The notes under the pieces: model-generated
Databases searched by the model: none
Told to the model about the DNA's origin: nothing
What the model saw: the letters and a program-made list of their open reading frames with translations, nothing else
From: Desulfobacterales bacterium
GTDB taxonomy: Bacteria; Desulfobacterota; Desulfobacteria; Desulfobacterales; UBA5616
DNA length: 64,000 bases
Assembly (NCBI GenBank): GCA_046483495.1
Contig: JAWODC010000049.1
Span: 1-64,000, forward strand
Direction of reading: 5' to 3'
Part shown: piece after piece, positions 47,996 to 57,999 of the stretch
Position numbering within the stretch: position 1 is the first letter of the stretch
Layout of the letters: each line of letters opens with the position of its first letter
Translations under genes and position numbers: made by a program

Positions 47996-49468
47996 TTATT
48001 CCAGATAATCCATAATGATGGGTGCTGCGCGGAGGGCGCTTTCAGCGGCGAGTTCCGTGCCGATGTTGTCCTTTCCCACATCCGCTCCCACGTGGAATAA
48101 CCCTTCGATCGGGGATGTAATGGACGGCCTGTCGGCTCCGACCTGGCCTACCACCTGGGCAAGTCCGATGATGTCCGACTGAAACCTTCCGCTGTATCCC
48201 TTGATTCCCGATCCTTTGATGACATCCCACCACAGCACGTTTTCGGCAATTCCCGGGAAAATCACGTCAAGCTCTTCGATCCGTTGATTCACATGAGCCT
48301 TTATATCACCGTTGGGGTCCGGCATGACTCCCGGGAAATTTAAGAGCTGCCTTCCGGGCGGGGCAAGGGAGGGATCCATATTGGAGGGGATGGGCATGAA
48401 AATAGAGAAACGGTTCAGCATTTCCTGATCGTCTTTATATCCAAACGCCGTAGAAATGTCGCCGGCCGTTGCGGACGCCTGCATGCCTGTGGGAATGCCG
48501 AAAACCACCGGCGGTTCGACAACCGGCTGTTTGAGCAAAACTTTTATATTGAGAAAATTGTCCATGAAGAGATCCGTTCCAAAAACACCGCACGAAAGGT
48601 TTTCAACATACGCCACATACGACGGCGAAAGGGACTTATGAGGAAGCATTGTTTGCACGGTTTCCTTGAGTCCGGCATTTGAAACGACCGCTTTTGCGTG
48701 GATTTCTTCCCCCGTTTTCAACGTTACGCCGTTTGCGCGGCCGTTTTCGACCCGAATCGATGCGACCGGAGAGCCGGTTTTTACGTGACCGCCGTAGTTG
48801 CGGATAACGGCGGCAAATCCATCCGGAATGGCCTGGCACCCGCCCATGGGGTATCCCAGGTTGCGTTTCAGGTGCCAGTTTTGGGTCATGCGGATGACTT
48901 CACCGGCGCTGGCCTCGAATGCAGCCACAACCCCCATGAGCATGCTGCGGTGGTTATGAAGGGACAGCAAAGCGGGGTGGGAGGAATATGTTTTAAGCCA
49001 TTCTTCATATGCAACGGCGTCCAATTGATGGGTTTTTTCAAGCGGCATGTGGTAAATGTCATGATTCAATTTCAGCGCCGCTTGATAGTCTTCTTCCGGC
49101 ATTTCAAATCCTTTTAACGTGTTTTGCATATCCTCTTCCGATGCCACACTGAGATCCGGATATACATATGAACGGCCGCCGAACAGTAAAATCGGCTTAT
49201 TGGCGGGGTCCGCATGCCAGAATTCAACGGCCTTCGGCATACCGGTCAGGTCGAGTATCCGGCCGAACGGCCCTTTTTCACAGGAAGCGAACATGTGAAT
49301 GAATGCATCGATAATGCAGCCGTTTTTGCGATAGCTCACGCATCGGCCCCCTATGGAACCGCCCCTTTCCAGGACGAGAACTTTTGCGCCGGCGTGAGCA
49401 AGAAGTGCGGCACACCCAAGCCCCCCGATACCTGCCCCGATTACGATTACATCCACGTTTTTATCCAT
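47996..49468 (-). CDS. Phytoene desaturase-like FAD-dependent oxidoreductase
   Basis: IVIGAGIGGL, LER..IGGRC, YPMGG, DPSLAPPGR, GLFHVGAD. Confidence 0.85.
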   Translation of the reverse strand: MDKNVDVIVIGAGIGGLGCAALLAHAGAKVLVLERGGSIGGRCVSYRKNGCIIDAFIHMFASCEKGPFGRILDLTGMPKAVEFWHADPANKPILLFGGRSYVYPDLSVASEEDMQNTLKGFEMPEEDYQAALKLNHDIYHMPLEKTHQLDAVAYEEWLKTYSSHPALLSLHNHRSMLMGVVAAFEASAGEVIRMTQNWHLKRNLGYPMGGCQAIPDGFAAVIRNYGGHVKTGSPVASIRVENGRANGVTLKTGEEIHAKAVVSNAGLKETVQTMLPHKSLSPSYVAYVENLSCGVFGTDLFMDNFLNIKVLLKQPVVEPPVVFGIPTGMQASATAGDISTAFGYKDDQEMLNRFSIFMPIPSNMDPSLAPPGRQLLNFPGVMPDPNGDIKAHVNQRIEELDVIFPGIAENVLWWDVIKGSGIKGYSGRFQSDIIGLAQVVGQVGADRPSITSPIEGLFHVGADVGKDNIGTELAAESALRAAPIIMDYLE

Positions 49469-49977
49469 TGTTTTCTCCTTTTTCGTAAATGTTGCACTTG
49501 CTTTGCTGACATGTTCGCCTTTTTGTAATGTTTATCGGCTTTGATGGGGTTAAATTGTCAAAAACCGGGACAAAACCCTTTCTTGCAATTGCTTCTGCGG
49601 GACAAAAACGGCTCCATTAAGAAGAAGAATGGACGACATGTTCGTTCAACACGACGGTATCGGTGCTGTCGAAATCTGAAGGAAAATGCTGAAAATATTT
49701 TTCATATTACCAGCGGGTACCAGGCATTACAATATCTATTTCGTATACACACGGTTTCCGTGGGGATCAAAAAACTCATTGACAATAATACCAAATCGGC
49801 TAAACACTAAACACTTGCAATGGTCGAAGAATCGGCCATGCGTCTACACCGCAACGGCCGACACGGTTTTCAGCACCTCCAATCGGGTTCGAAAAAAATA
49901 ATACGATTCGCCATTTGACATAGGACGTTGTCGGCACCGGCAAAAACTGCTGGAAACCTCATCTTCAGGAGAAATCT

Positions 49978-51123
49978 ATGGACATTGCCATCGAAGGGTT
50001 TGTTGCCCCGGGATTTGAACGGGTGAAAGAGGCGTTTGCCGCAAACTGGGAGGGGTATGAGGTCGGCGCAAGTTGTGCCGTGGTGCACAAGGGGAAGTGG
50101 GTGGTCGATCTATGGGGAGGCTACCGGCAAAGGGATCTGCAAAAGCCATGGCAAAAGGATACTCTGGTGAACGTGTATTCCACCACCAAGGGAATGGCCG
50201 CCCTGACAATCGCCATACTTGTCGATGAGGGAAGGCTGGATTACGATGACCGTGTCGTGGATTATTGGCCGGAATTCGGTGCCAACGGCAAAGAAAAGGT
50301 CACGGTGGCCCAGGTGCTCTCTCATCAGGCCGGCATTTGCGGGGTGAGCGAAAGGATTACCAACGCGGATCTCTATGACTGGGAAAAGATGACACGGCTT
50401 CTGGCAGAGCAGAAACCTTTTTGGGAACCGTGCAAGACGGCCGGATATCATGCCGTGACATGGGGATATCCCGCCGGAGAAATCGTCCGTAGGGTGACCG
50501 GCAAAACATTGGGGACCGTTTTTCGCGAGAAGGTGGCCAAGCCGTTGAATGCCGATTTCTTCATCGGTCTGCCGGATGCAGAGATGGACCGGGTAGCCGA
50601 CCTTGTGGGGCCGAATCGTGCAAGGGTTCCTCAAAAACCGGTCTTAAACCCCGAAGTGCCGCGGTTTTATTCCGTGGCCCTGATGAATCCCGGTATTCGG
50701 CCCTTCAAAGATGCGTGCTCCACTGCATGGCGCAAAGCGGAAATCCCGGCCGCGAACGGTCAGGCAAACGCCAGGGCCATCGCCCGAATTTACGGAGCCC
50801 TCGCAAACGGCGGTGAAATCGAAGGCATTCGGATCATCAGCAAGGCCGGCATCGACCGGGCCGTCCGGGAGGAAATCGTTGTGCCGGAAGATCCCGTAAC
50901 CGGCAGTCCCATGCGATTCGCCCGTGGTTTTATGCTGAATGTGGAGGACAATTACGGGCCCAATCCGGACTCATTCGGCCATGGGGGAGCCGGCGGGTCC
51001 ATTGGATTTGCCGATCCCGAAGCCAACATCGCCGTGGGATACGCTATGAATCAGATGCAGGTGAATCCGGATGACGAACCGCGCGCCGGTTTTTTGGTGG
51101 ACGCGGTGTATAAAAGCATTTAG
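49978..51123 (+). CDS. Serine hydrolase, beta-lactamase class C / family VIII esterase
   Basis: VDLWGG, YSTTK (SxxK), YWPEF, LSHQAG, GYHA, FGHGGAGGS. Confidence 0.92.
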   Translation: MDIAIEGFVAPGFERVKEAFAANWEGYEVGASCAVVHKGKWVVDLWGGYRQRDLQKPWQKDTLVNVYSTTKGMAALTIAILVDEGRLDYDDRVVDYWPEFGANGKEKVTVAQVLSHQAGICGVSERITNADLYDWEKMTRLLAEQKPFWEPCKTAGYHAVTWGYPAGEIVRRVTGKTLGTVFREKVAKPLNADFFIGLPDAEMDRVADLVGPNRARVPQKPVLNPEVPRFYSVALMNPGIRPFKDACSTAWRKAEIPAANGQANARAIARIYGALANGGEIEGIRIISKAGIDRAVREEIVVPEDPVTGSPMRFARGFMLNVEDNYGPNPDSFGHGGAGGSIGFADPEANIAVGYAMNQMQVNPDDEPRAGFLVDAVYKSI

Positions 51124-51206
51124 GTAGTGTCCATTCAGAAATAGGCACTTTCGTGAACCCGGAAATCGATTTTAAATGGAAAAAAAGCATTACCAGGAGT
51201 ACCCTT

Positions 51207-52142
51207 ATGGCGGCTGACATACCCTTCGTACAGGAATTTGAATTCCAATATGAAAGAATTGAACGCCTCAGCCCGTTGATTCGAAGGATCGTGGCCGACA
51301 ATCCGAATTTCTTTTCATTTTTCGGAACCAATACGTACATTATCGGGCAGGGAGAGGTCGCATTGATCGACCCGGGTCCCGACCTCCCGAAACACATTGA
51401 CGCGATTGTCAAGGGGTTGGCGGGTGAGGTCGTTACACACATTTTTGTCACGCATACGCATTTTGACCATTGGCCTGCATTTAAATCGCTGCAAGCCGCT
51501 TTCGGGGCAAAGACGTATGGGTATGCCGGTGAAGCAGAAGAAGGCCCGGACCAGGGGCTTGACCTCATGGAATTCCGCGATTTCGCCAATCAGGAACGTT
51601 TCGAAATGACGGGTTTCACTCCGGACATTCATGTCGAGCACGGTGATGTCATAACCGGCAACGGGTGGTCGGTGGAATGTGTTTTTACACCGGGACATGC
51701 ATCGAATCACATGTGTTACCAGCTTCGCGAAGAAAAAGCCCTGTTCAGCGGGGATCACGTCATGGGTTGGTCGACAAGCGTCATATCGCCTCCTTCGGGT
51801 AATATGGAAAATTATATGAGCAGTCTGGATTTGCTGCTGCAGCGGAATGACCGCCGGTATTGGCCGGCCCACGGTCCCGGAATCACGGATACGAAGCATT
51901 TTGTGAGGACTTTCATTGCGCACCGGCAGGAACGCGAGGAGCAGATCCTGGATCAACTGAAAAGGGGCGTCAATACAATATCCGCAATGGTGTCCGATAT
52001 GTACTCCGATGTTCCCGATTTCCTTCATCCGGCCGCCGAACGGTCGGTGCTGGCGGCGATCATCTACATGATAAAAAAGGGATTCATCACCTGTAAAGGC
52101 GACGTGTCCGTTCATTCCAAGTTCCATTTAACACAATTTTGA
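51207..52142 (+). CDS. MBL-fold metallo-hydrolase (LACTB2-like, C-terminal winged helix)
   Basis: GTNTY, THTHFDH, TPGHASNH, SGDHVMGWST, PAHG. Confidence 0.9.
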   Translation: MAADIPFVQEFEFQYERIERLSPLIRRIVADNPNFFSFFGTNTYIIGQGEVALIDPGPDLPKHIDAIVKGLAGEVVTHIFVTHTHFDHWPAFKSLQAAFGAKTYGYAGEAEEGPDQGLDLMEFRDFANQERFEMTGFTPDIHVEHGDVITGNGWSVECVFTPGHASNHMCYQLREEKALFSGDHVMGWSTSVISPPSGNMENYMSSLDLLLQRNDRRYWPAHGPGITDTKHFVRTFIAHRQEREEQILDQLKRGVNTISAMVSDMYSDVPDFLHPAAERSVLAAIIYMIKKGFITCKGDVSVHSKFHLTQF

Positions 52143-52178
52143 TTCACTACGGGCAATTCCAAAAAAGGAGTCTGTGAC

Positions 52179-52700
52179 ATGAAAGAAGTTCCTGAATATG
52201 AAAACTATCCAGTCAGTGAAGCCGAAATGGGCAAGCGATTTAAGAATTGGACCCAGGCTCTGGCGGACCAGATGGCGGTGCTTTACCGGGTGGGGAAGGA
52301 AATCGGGGGAGAAAAATTTGTAGACAGGCTGAAGGAGGAGTATTTCAAAATCGGACAGGAAAGAGCCCGCGCCTTGATGGCCCTTACCGGGACCACAAGG
52401 GAGGATTATAAAAACTGTTCGGGCGGCTTGCCGAATATCTGCAATCTGATCGACGATGCCATGGCGAATTTCTGGGACGGCTACATTGAAAATTCGGAAA
52501 CGGCATTCGAGAAGGAAATCAAAACCTGTCCGGTTGTCAAGCAGTGGTCCAATGAACCGGAAATCTGCGATGTGTTGTTGCGCGAATTCGTCAAAGGCGT
52601 GGCGCATGAACTGAATCCGAATTACCACACCGATGGGTTCAGCAAGCTGCTCGTATCCGGAGACGACTGCTGCCGGTATCGCCTCGAACTGAAGGCTTAA
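52179..52700 (+). CDS. ATC-hydrolase/V4R-like small Cys-containing protein
   Basis: TCPV..W..IC...G....LNP...GDDCCRY pattern; AAGGAG RBS. Confidence 0.6.
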   Translation: MKEVPEYENYPVSEAEMGKRFKNWTQALADQMAVLYRVGKEIGGEKFVDRLKEEYFKIGQERARALMALTGTTREDYKNCSGGLPNICNLIDDAMANFWDGYIENSETAFEKEIKTCPVVKQWSNEPEICDVLLREFVKGVAHELNPNYHTDGFSKLLVSGDDCCRYRLELKA

Positions 52701-52809
52701 GCAGCAGTCTTGCCGGAGGCGACGCTGCTCTGCAACCATCTACAACCAAGTGCCGGTTCAAAATAAAGCCGGTGCTGATCACTGGATGCTCGTTTTTGTC
52801 GCGCTCCGA

Positions 52810-53619
52810 TCAGAGCGAAATCCCGCCGTCCACCGCCACTACGGCACCGGTAATCATCCGGGCTTTATCGGAGGCGAAAAATACGGCGAGATGGCCGATG
52901 TCCTCCGGGGTTTGTTCTTCACCGAGGGGCGTCAGTTGCGCGACAACCCCTTCAAATACTTCACGCTGGGGCACATCGGCTAGATTTGGATCATTTTCTT
53001 TCATCGTGGCCGTCAGCATTTCCCAGGCCCTGGTCCACAAGAGACCGGGGCAGATGCAGTTCACGCGTATTCGCCTGGGTGCAAATTGACTGGCGTGCGT
53101 TTTGGTCAGATGAATGACCCCGGCCTTGGCGGCCCCGTAGGCGGGCAGCGTCACAGAGGGTCCGAGTCCCGCAATCGAGGCGATGTTGACGATGCTGCCG
53201 CCCTCCGCCATTTTTGGAGCGACGGCAATGGTGGATGCGAAGGTCGTTCTCAGGTTGGAGACGAGGTGCATGTCCCAGAGCTCATCGCTCATGACGGGGT
53301 TCAGAAGCTGTCCGCCCGCCAACTCGACCGGGGGTTGAGGGTCACCCACTCCGGCGTTATTGACCAACACATCGATACCGCCGTACTGAGAAACGATTTG
53401 GTCCGCCGCCTTTGCCATGACTTCCTGGTTCGAGGCATCGGCAATCATTCCCTTCACATCCCCCGGCATGGCCGCAGCGGTTTCATCGACGGGTGCGCCG
53501 ATAAGGTCGGTAATAATAACCCTGGCATTCTCCAAGGCGAAACAGCGGGCGATCCCGGCACCGATGCCGTTCGGAAAACCGGCGCCCGTTATCACGACGA
53601 CTTTATGGTTCAAATTCAT
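52810..53619 (-). CDS. SDR-family NAD(P)-dependent oxidoreductase
   Basis: ITGAG..GIG, NNAG, NIASIAG, YGAAK, VNCICPG, VDGG. Confidence 0.93.
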   Translation of the reverse strand: MNLNHKVVVITGAGFPNGIGAGIARCFALENARVIITDLIGAPVDETAAAMPGDVKGMIADASNQEVMAKAADQIVSQYGGIDVLVNNAGVGDPQPPVELAGGQLLNPVMSDELWDMHLVSNLRTTFASTIAVAPKMAEGGSIVNIASIAGLGPSVTLPAYGAAKAGVIHLTKTHASQFAPRRIRVNCICPGLLWTRAWEMLTATMKENDPNLADVPQREVFEGVVAQLTPLGEEQTPEDIGHLAVFFASDKARMITGAVVAVDGGISL

Positions 53620-53788
53620 GGTCTGCTCCTCTATTCGAGTGTTTGATATCCGGCAAGTCTATGGACGGCTTCTTGAAATCAATGAAAAAACAGAAAGGTG
53701 ATGCAAGCTAATGCATCAACTCTTATCCAAATTTCTTCCCGCAGGCAAGGCAAAAATGTTGCTCATTCGAAGCGCGGCGGCCACGGGC

Positions 53789-55351
53789 TTAAAACGGAAA
53801 ATCGCCATCGAAAGCCGATTCTTCGGGAATGGCTTCCGATTCTGGTTTTTTGGCCGTTTTATGAACCGCATTGCTTTTAACGTAGATCGCTTTGTATGGT
53901 TTTGTAGGGCATGCAAATTCGCAGGCACCGCATCCCACGCATATTGCCTCATCGATTCGGGGTGCCGATTTGTTGGTGTTCGTATCGAGCACCATGCGAA
54001 CGGCTTTGGTGGGGCAATGTTCCGCGCAGGCGCCGCAGTCCGTTTTTTGGGTGTACACGATGCAGTTCTTCTGAATGAAGGTTGCCGTGCCGAGCTGAAC
54101 CGTCTTTTTCGCATCCAATTTTTGAGGTACAATCGCACCGGTAGGGCAAACCGTAGAACAGGCGACGCAGTCAAAGTTGCAGTAATTTTTGCCGTAATCC
54201 ATACGAGGCTGCATAATGCCCGATAATCCGTATTCGAGAAACGCCGGCTGCAGCACTTGGGTGGGACAGGCCGCCACGCACAGCTGGCATGCCGTGCACT
54301 TGCGGGTATAATTCGCAAGAGAAAACGAGCCCGGCGGCGTGATGCCGGGTTGTCGGGGTACGGGGACGGTGCTCTTCCGATACGATTCGATGGGCTGCTG
54401 TGCAATGCCCGATGTGGTGTTTGAAGCGCACCAAAAAGCCGTAGCCGTAAGGATGAATTTTCTTTTTTCAGGATCTTTCAGGGCAGCCGGTTCGGAAGAA
54501 ACAACGCGCCATCGATATCCGATACCGGAGCCCGGGCATGCTGAAAAGCAGTTGTAGCACGAAACGCATCTCGAAAAATCGACCTCCTTGGCATCCAGGT
54601 TAATGCACCCGGCCTTGCATACCCTCTCACAGGCTCTGCACGTGATGCAATTTTCATCATCGAAACCGATTTTGAACAGGGAAAACCGCGACAGCAGGCC
54701 CAAAAAGGCGCCGACCGGGCAAATGGTGTTGCAAAACAGCCTGCCGTGAAAAAAACTCATCCAAAAGACAAGCGCCAACACGGCCAAACTGAAGACAACC
54801 GGAAAGAAGCCGGTTTTCACAGGATCGATCGGAAACAGTGCGTACACATCGAACGTGGACAGTGCATACACCAGGGTGTTGTTCAGCCACACGGCGGCCG
54901 GCCTGATAATGTGGGTCATGATTCTTCCGAAGTTGCTGTATGGGTCTGTCAGAATCACGCCCGTGACCGATCCCGAGAGAAAAAGGGTCAAAACCCCCGC
55001 CAGTATTCCGTAATGGAGTGCTGGATGGGGGCGCTTATAGGCATACTTCCGATGCGCTCTTTTTTTCCGGCCGAAAGCGATGATATCCTGCAGCACCCCA
55101 AGCGGACATAAAAAGGAGCAGTATACTCTGCCGAACCCAAGGGTAAGCATGATAATGAAAATAAACCCGGCAGCGGTCAATGCAGCGGCAGTCCAAAACT
55201 TCAGCAGGGAAGGCAAAAACTGGACGTACACGGCCGAATCGAAGACAATACGGGGAAGCGCGAGCCCCAAACCCAGAAAGGTCAGCGAAAGGGTCGAGAA
55301 TAGAAGGATTGAAGCAGGCACCCTGACCTTCTTCAAAAATGGAAGCCTCAT
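53789..55351 (-). CDS. Membrane 4Fe-4S protein (NapH/MauN-like + MauM/NapG-like polyferredoxin)
   Basis: GRVYCSFLCPLG, GRLFCNTICPVG, several CxxCxxCxxxC(P) motifs, PPGS. Confidence 0.88.
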   Translation of the reverse strand: MRLPFLKKVRVPASILLFSTLSLTFLGLGLALPRIVFDSAVYVQFLPSLLKFWTAAALTAAGFIFIIMLTLGFGRVYCSFLCPLGVLQDIIAFGRKKRAHRKYAYKRPHPALHYGILAGVLTLFLSGSVTGVILTDPYSNFGRIMTHIIRPAAVWLNNTLVYALSTFDVYALFPIDPVKTGFFPVVFSLAVLALVFWMSFFHGRLFCNTICPVGAFLGLLSRFSLFKIGFDDENCITCRACERVCKAGCINLDAKEVDFSRCVSCYNCFSACPGSGIGYRWRVVSSEPAALKDPEKRKFILTATAFWCASNTTSGIAQQPIESYRKSTVPVPRQPGITPPGSFSLANYTRKCTACQLCVAACPTQVLQPAFLEYGLSGIMQPRMDYGKNYCNFDCVACSTVCPTGAIVPQKLDAKKTVQLGTATFIQKNCIVYTQKTDCGACAEHCPTKAVRMVLDTNTNKSAPRIDEAICVGCGACEFACPTKPYKAIYVKSNAVHKTAKKPESEAIPEESAFDGDFPF

Positions 55352-55353
55352 AT

Positions 55354-56277
55354 TTATAAAACGATGCGGTCGATGTTGAGCTTCTTCAGGTCCATGGTCC
55401 CGGCACCCAATCGATCGGCGATGGTAATATAGGGCACGTCCGCAGGGTCTATGCCGAACAGTTTGGCCGCAGCCGTGTCCGCCGCAACCATATCCGTCGC
55501 TATGATCTGAGATTTCATGGTGACCAGATCGGCGGTGGATACACCCCTAGGCCCGTTTTGCTTCATCACGAAGTAGGCGTCGATGATGTTCAGATCCGGT
55601 TTTCGAAAGGCGGCAAAATCGGCAATGCACTGGTGCAGGTCGTTTCGATGCCAGAATCGCCTGTCCCAGACAATGCCCATAAGGTTTTTCATGGCAATCG
55701 TCAGCTTGGCGCCGCCGTGGCTCTTCAGGACGGGCACATTGATGAATACATCCGAATCGAGTACCAGTTCGTGCACTTTGGCATGGCTGAGGCTTTTTCC
55801 ACCGGGAATGTCGACACGCTGATAGTATCTTTCCGTATTTCCCGGCACCATTTTGCCGCCCGCCTCCTTGACGGCATGTTCGATGCCGCTGTTTGCGTAG
55901 CTCTTCGACCAGTTGTCACAGGTATGGTCGAACACATAAACACTTTTCGCGCCGGCATTCAGACATGCTTTGACAACATGCTTTACCAATCCCGGGTGTG
56001 TATTGCCGGCCCTTTCAGGCGGCACATCCCATCCGATATTGGGCTTGACCAAAACGGTCCGGTTTGGTTTGACAAAATGGCTTATTCCCCCCAGCGACTG
56101 AATCGCACGGTCGAACATGATCTCCGGCTCTGCGCCCTTGATTGCCACCATGTCGAATAGGGTATTCGCCTGCGGTGCATCTGCGGCGGAGCTCCACGGG
56201 CGGTTTCCAAAAACGAGGTAGGCGCCCGCCCCCATGCCGATTTGCAGGCTTTTTTTCAAAAAGGTTCGTCGTTTCAT
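55354..56277 (-). CDS. DUF362 domain protein with Tat signal
   Basis: MKRRTFLK, VLVKPNIGW, NTHP, NVPVLKSH, MKNLMG, DMVAAD. Confidence 0.88.
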   Translation of the reverse strand: MKRRTFLKKSLQIGMGAGAYLVFGNRPWSSAADAPQANTLFDMVAIKGAEPEIMFDRAIQSLGGISHFVKPNRTVLVKPNIGWDVPPERAGNTHPGLVKHVVKACLNAGAKSVYVFDHTCDNWSKSYANSGIEHAVKEAGGKMVPGNTERYYQRVDIPGGKSLSHAKVHELVLDSDVFINVPVLKSHGGAKLTIAMKNLMGIVWDRRFWHRNDLHQCIADFAAFRKPDLNIIDAYFVMKQNGPRGVSTADLVTMKSQIIATDMVAADTAAAKLFGIDPADVPYITIADRLGAGTMDLKKLNIDRIVL

Positions 56278-56718
56278 GTGTCCTCTTTTCCAATTTTGTT
56301 AGTTGTAATAGTTGCATACATGCCGGTTTGCTGCAAGCGAATTTGTGAAACCCGAACTTTTTCGGATGCATCAGGCATGCTTGACGAAATTCAACTTTAT
56401 GGAGTAAGTATGATTTTATCGGGAACATCCAAACGGTTGAATGCCTGTTACCCCAAAATCGATACCAATCGCCTAAGGCCCGATTCGGAAGCTTGCGCAT
56501 AAAAAGCAGCACCCGGTCTTAAGAAAGAAATGGCGGTTTTGCCGTCTGCTCCATTAAGCGCGTAATAATCTGATCTCGATGTGACCCCGGCCTGCATCTA
56601 TGGCAGCGCCGGCATTCGGCGCTTGGTTTTTTGAGAGAAAGGGAAATAAACGGTTCAGCTGGTCTGAACATCGTTCGAATGGCCTTGTATTTCACCCATT
56701 ATCATTGAAGGAGGCTCT

Positions 56719-57903
56719 ATGATCAACGTAGAACGAGAAGGAATTGAAAATGCCGGAGAAGTGGGACTCGATCCGGATCGCCTCTCAAGGCTAACCCAAT
56801 CGGTGGTGGAGGACACCGGCAAAGGGCTTTATGACGGGGCTGTATTCGCGGTGGGTCGCTACGGAAAGCTTGTGCTGCACGAAGCCGTTGGGCATGCGGA
56901 AAAAGCTTCCGAAAGGGCTGCAAAACGTGATGATGTCTTCATGATCATGTCCATTACAAAGACCTTTACCGCCGGAGCGGTTTTTTCGTTCATCGAGAAG
57001 GGGCGGGTCGAGTTGACGACCACGATCGCAGACGTCATTCCCGAGTTCGGCATAAAAGGAAAACAGCGGGTCACCGTGGCTCATCTGATGACGCATACCG
57101 GCGGAATGTCCGTCGACCTGCCGGCGATGCTTCCCGTAGAACAGGTGGGCGATCTTCAGGCATATGTAGCCGCGGCATGCAATGAACCGTTGAAGAGCCG
57201 GCCGGGCTCTCGGGTTTCCTACAGCCCCCTGACCGCACATGCCGTTCTGGCTGAAATGGTGCGGCGGCTGGACGGCGGCACCCGTCCTTTCAGACAAATT
57301 CTTGCCGAAGAACTCTTTGAGCCGCTGAAGATGAAGGATACATCCCTGGGTGTTCGAAAAGATCTCGAAGCAAGAAGAGTTCCCATCGTGGTGAGGGACA
57401 AAACCCCCGGCCTGTTCGATCCGCTCCTTTTGGGCGCCATGAACGACCTGATTACCGAAGAAACCGAAATTCCGGCGGGCGGTGCCGCATCCACCGCACT
57501 TGACCTGTTCCGATGGGCGGAAATGCTTCGAAACGGCGGCGAACTCGATGGAATACGAGTTCTGTCGCCCGGTCTGCTGAAACTCGCCGTAACGAATCAT
57601 ACCGGTGACATGCCCAATGACGTTTTCGATCATGCACGGGAAATACATGGCTGGGATCCATTCCCGGCTTACCTCGGGCTGAGCTTCTTCCTGCGCGGAA
57701 AAGGCATATTTGCCATGCCATTCGGCCAGACCACTTCCGAGAGAACATTTGGAGGATTGGGGGCCGGTTCGACCATGTTCTGGGTGGATCCGGAAAGAGA
57801 ACTGACATTTGTACTGCTGACATCCGGCCTTCTCGAAGAAGGTGCCAGCTTTTTGCGTCATCAAAAGCTTTCGGATCTTCTCGTCGCTTCGGTCGTGGAT
57901 TGA
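56719..57903 (+). CDS. Serine hydrolase (beta-lactamase family)
   Basis: MSITK (SxxK), LMTHTGG, VSYS, PAGG, WVDPER; GGAGG RBS. Confidence 0.9.
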   Translation: MINVEREGIENAGEVGLDPDRLSRLTQSVVEDTGKGLYDGAVFAVGRYGKLVLHEAVGHAEKASERAAKRDDVFMIMSITKTFTAGAVFSFIEKGRVELTTTIADVIPEFGIKGKQRVTVAHLMTHTGGMSVDLPAMLPVEQVGDLQAYVAAACNEPLKSRPGSRVSYSPLTAHAVLAEMVRRLDGGTRPFRQILAEELFEPLKMKDTSLGVRKDLEARRVPIVVRDKTPGLFDPLLLGAMNDLITEETEIPAGGAASTALDLFRWAEMLRNGGELDGIRVLSPGLLKLAVTNHTGDMPNDVFDHAREIHGWDPFPAYLGLSFFLRGKGIFAMPFGQTTSERTFGGLGAGSTMFWVDPERELTFVLLTSGLLEEGASFLRHQKLSDLLVASVVD

Positions 57904-57999
57904 AGCAACATGCCGAGCGTGTTAAGCACTGCGCCGATTTAAAACGAAAAGGCCGTATAAACATTGCTGCACCATCCGGTAGGGCGGCCGATTACCGGC

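Noticed and set aside
49490..49520. Sigma54 -24/-12 promoter for the desaturase-like gene
   Set aside because: GG-GC spacing is 11 rather than 10; the TTGCAC-N5-TTGC look-alike lacks GG and faces the wrong way
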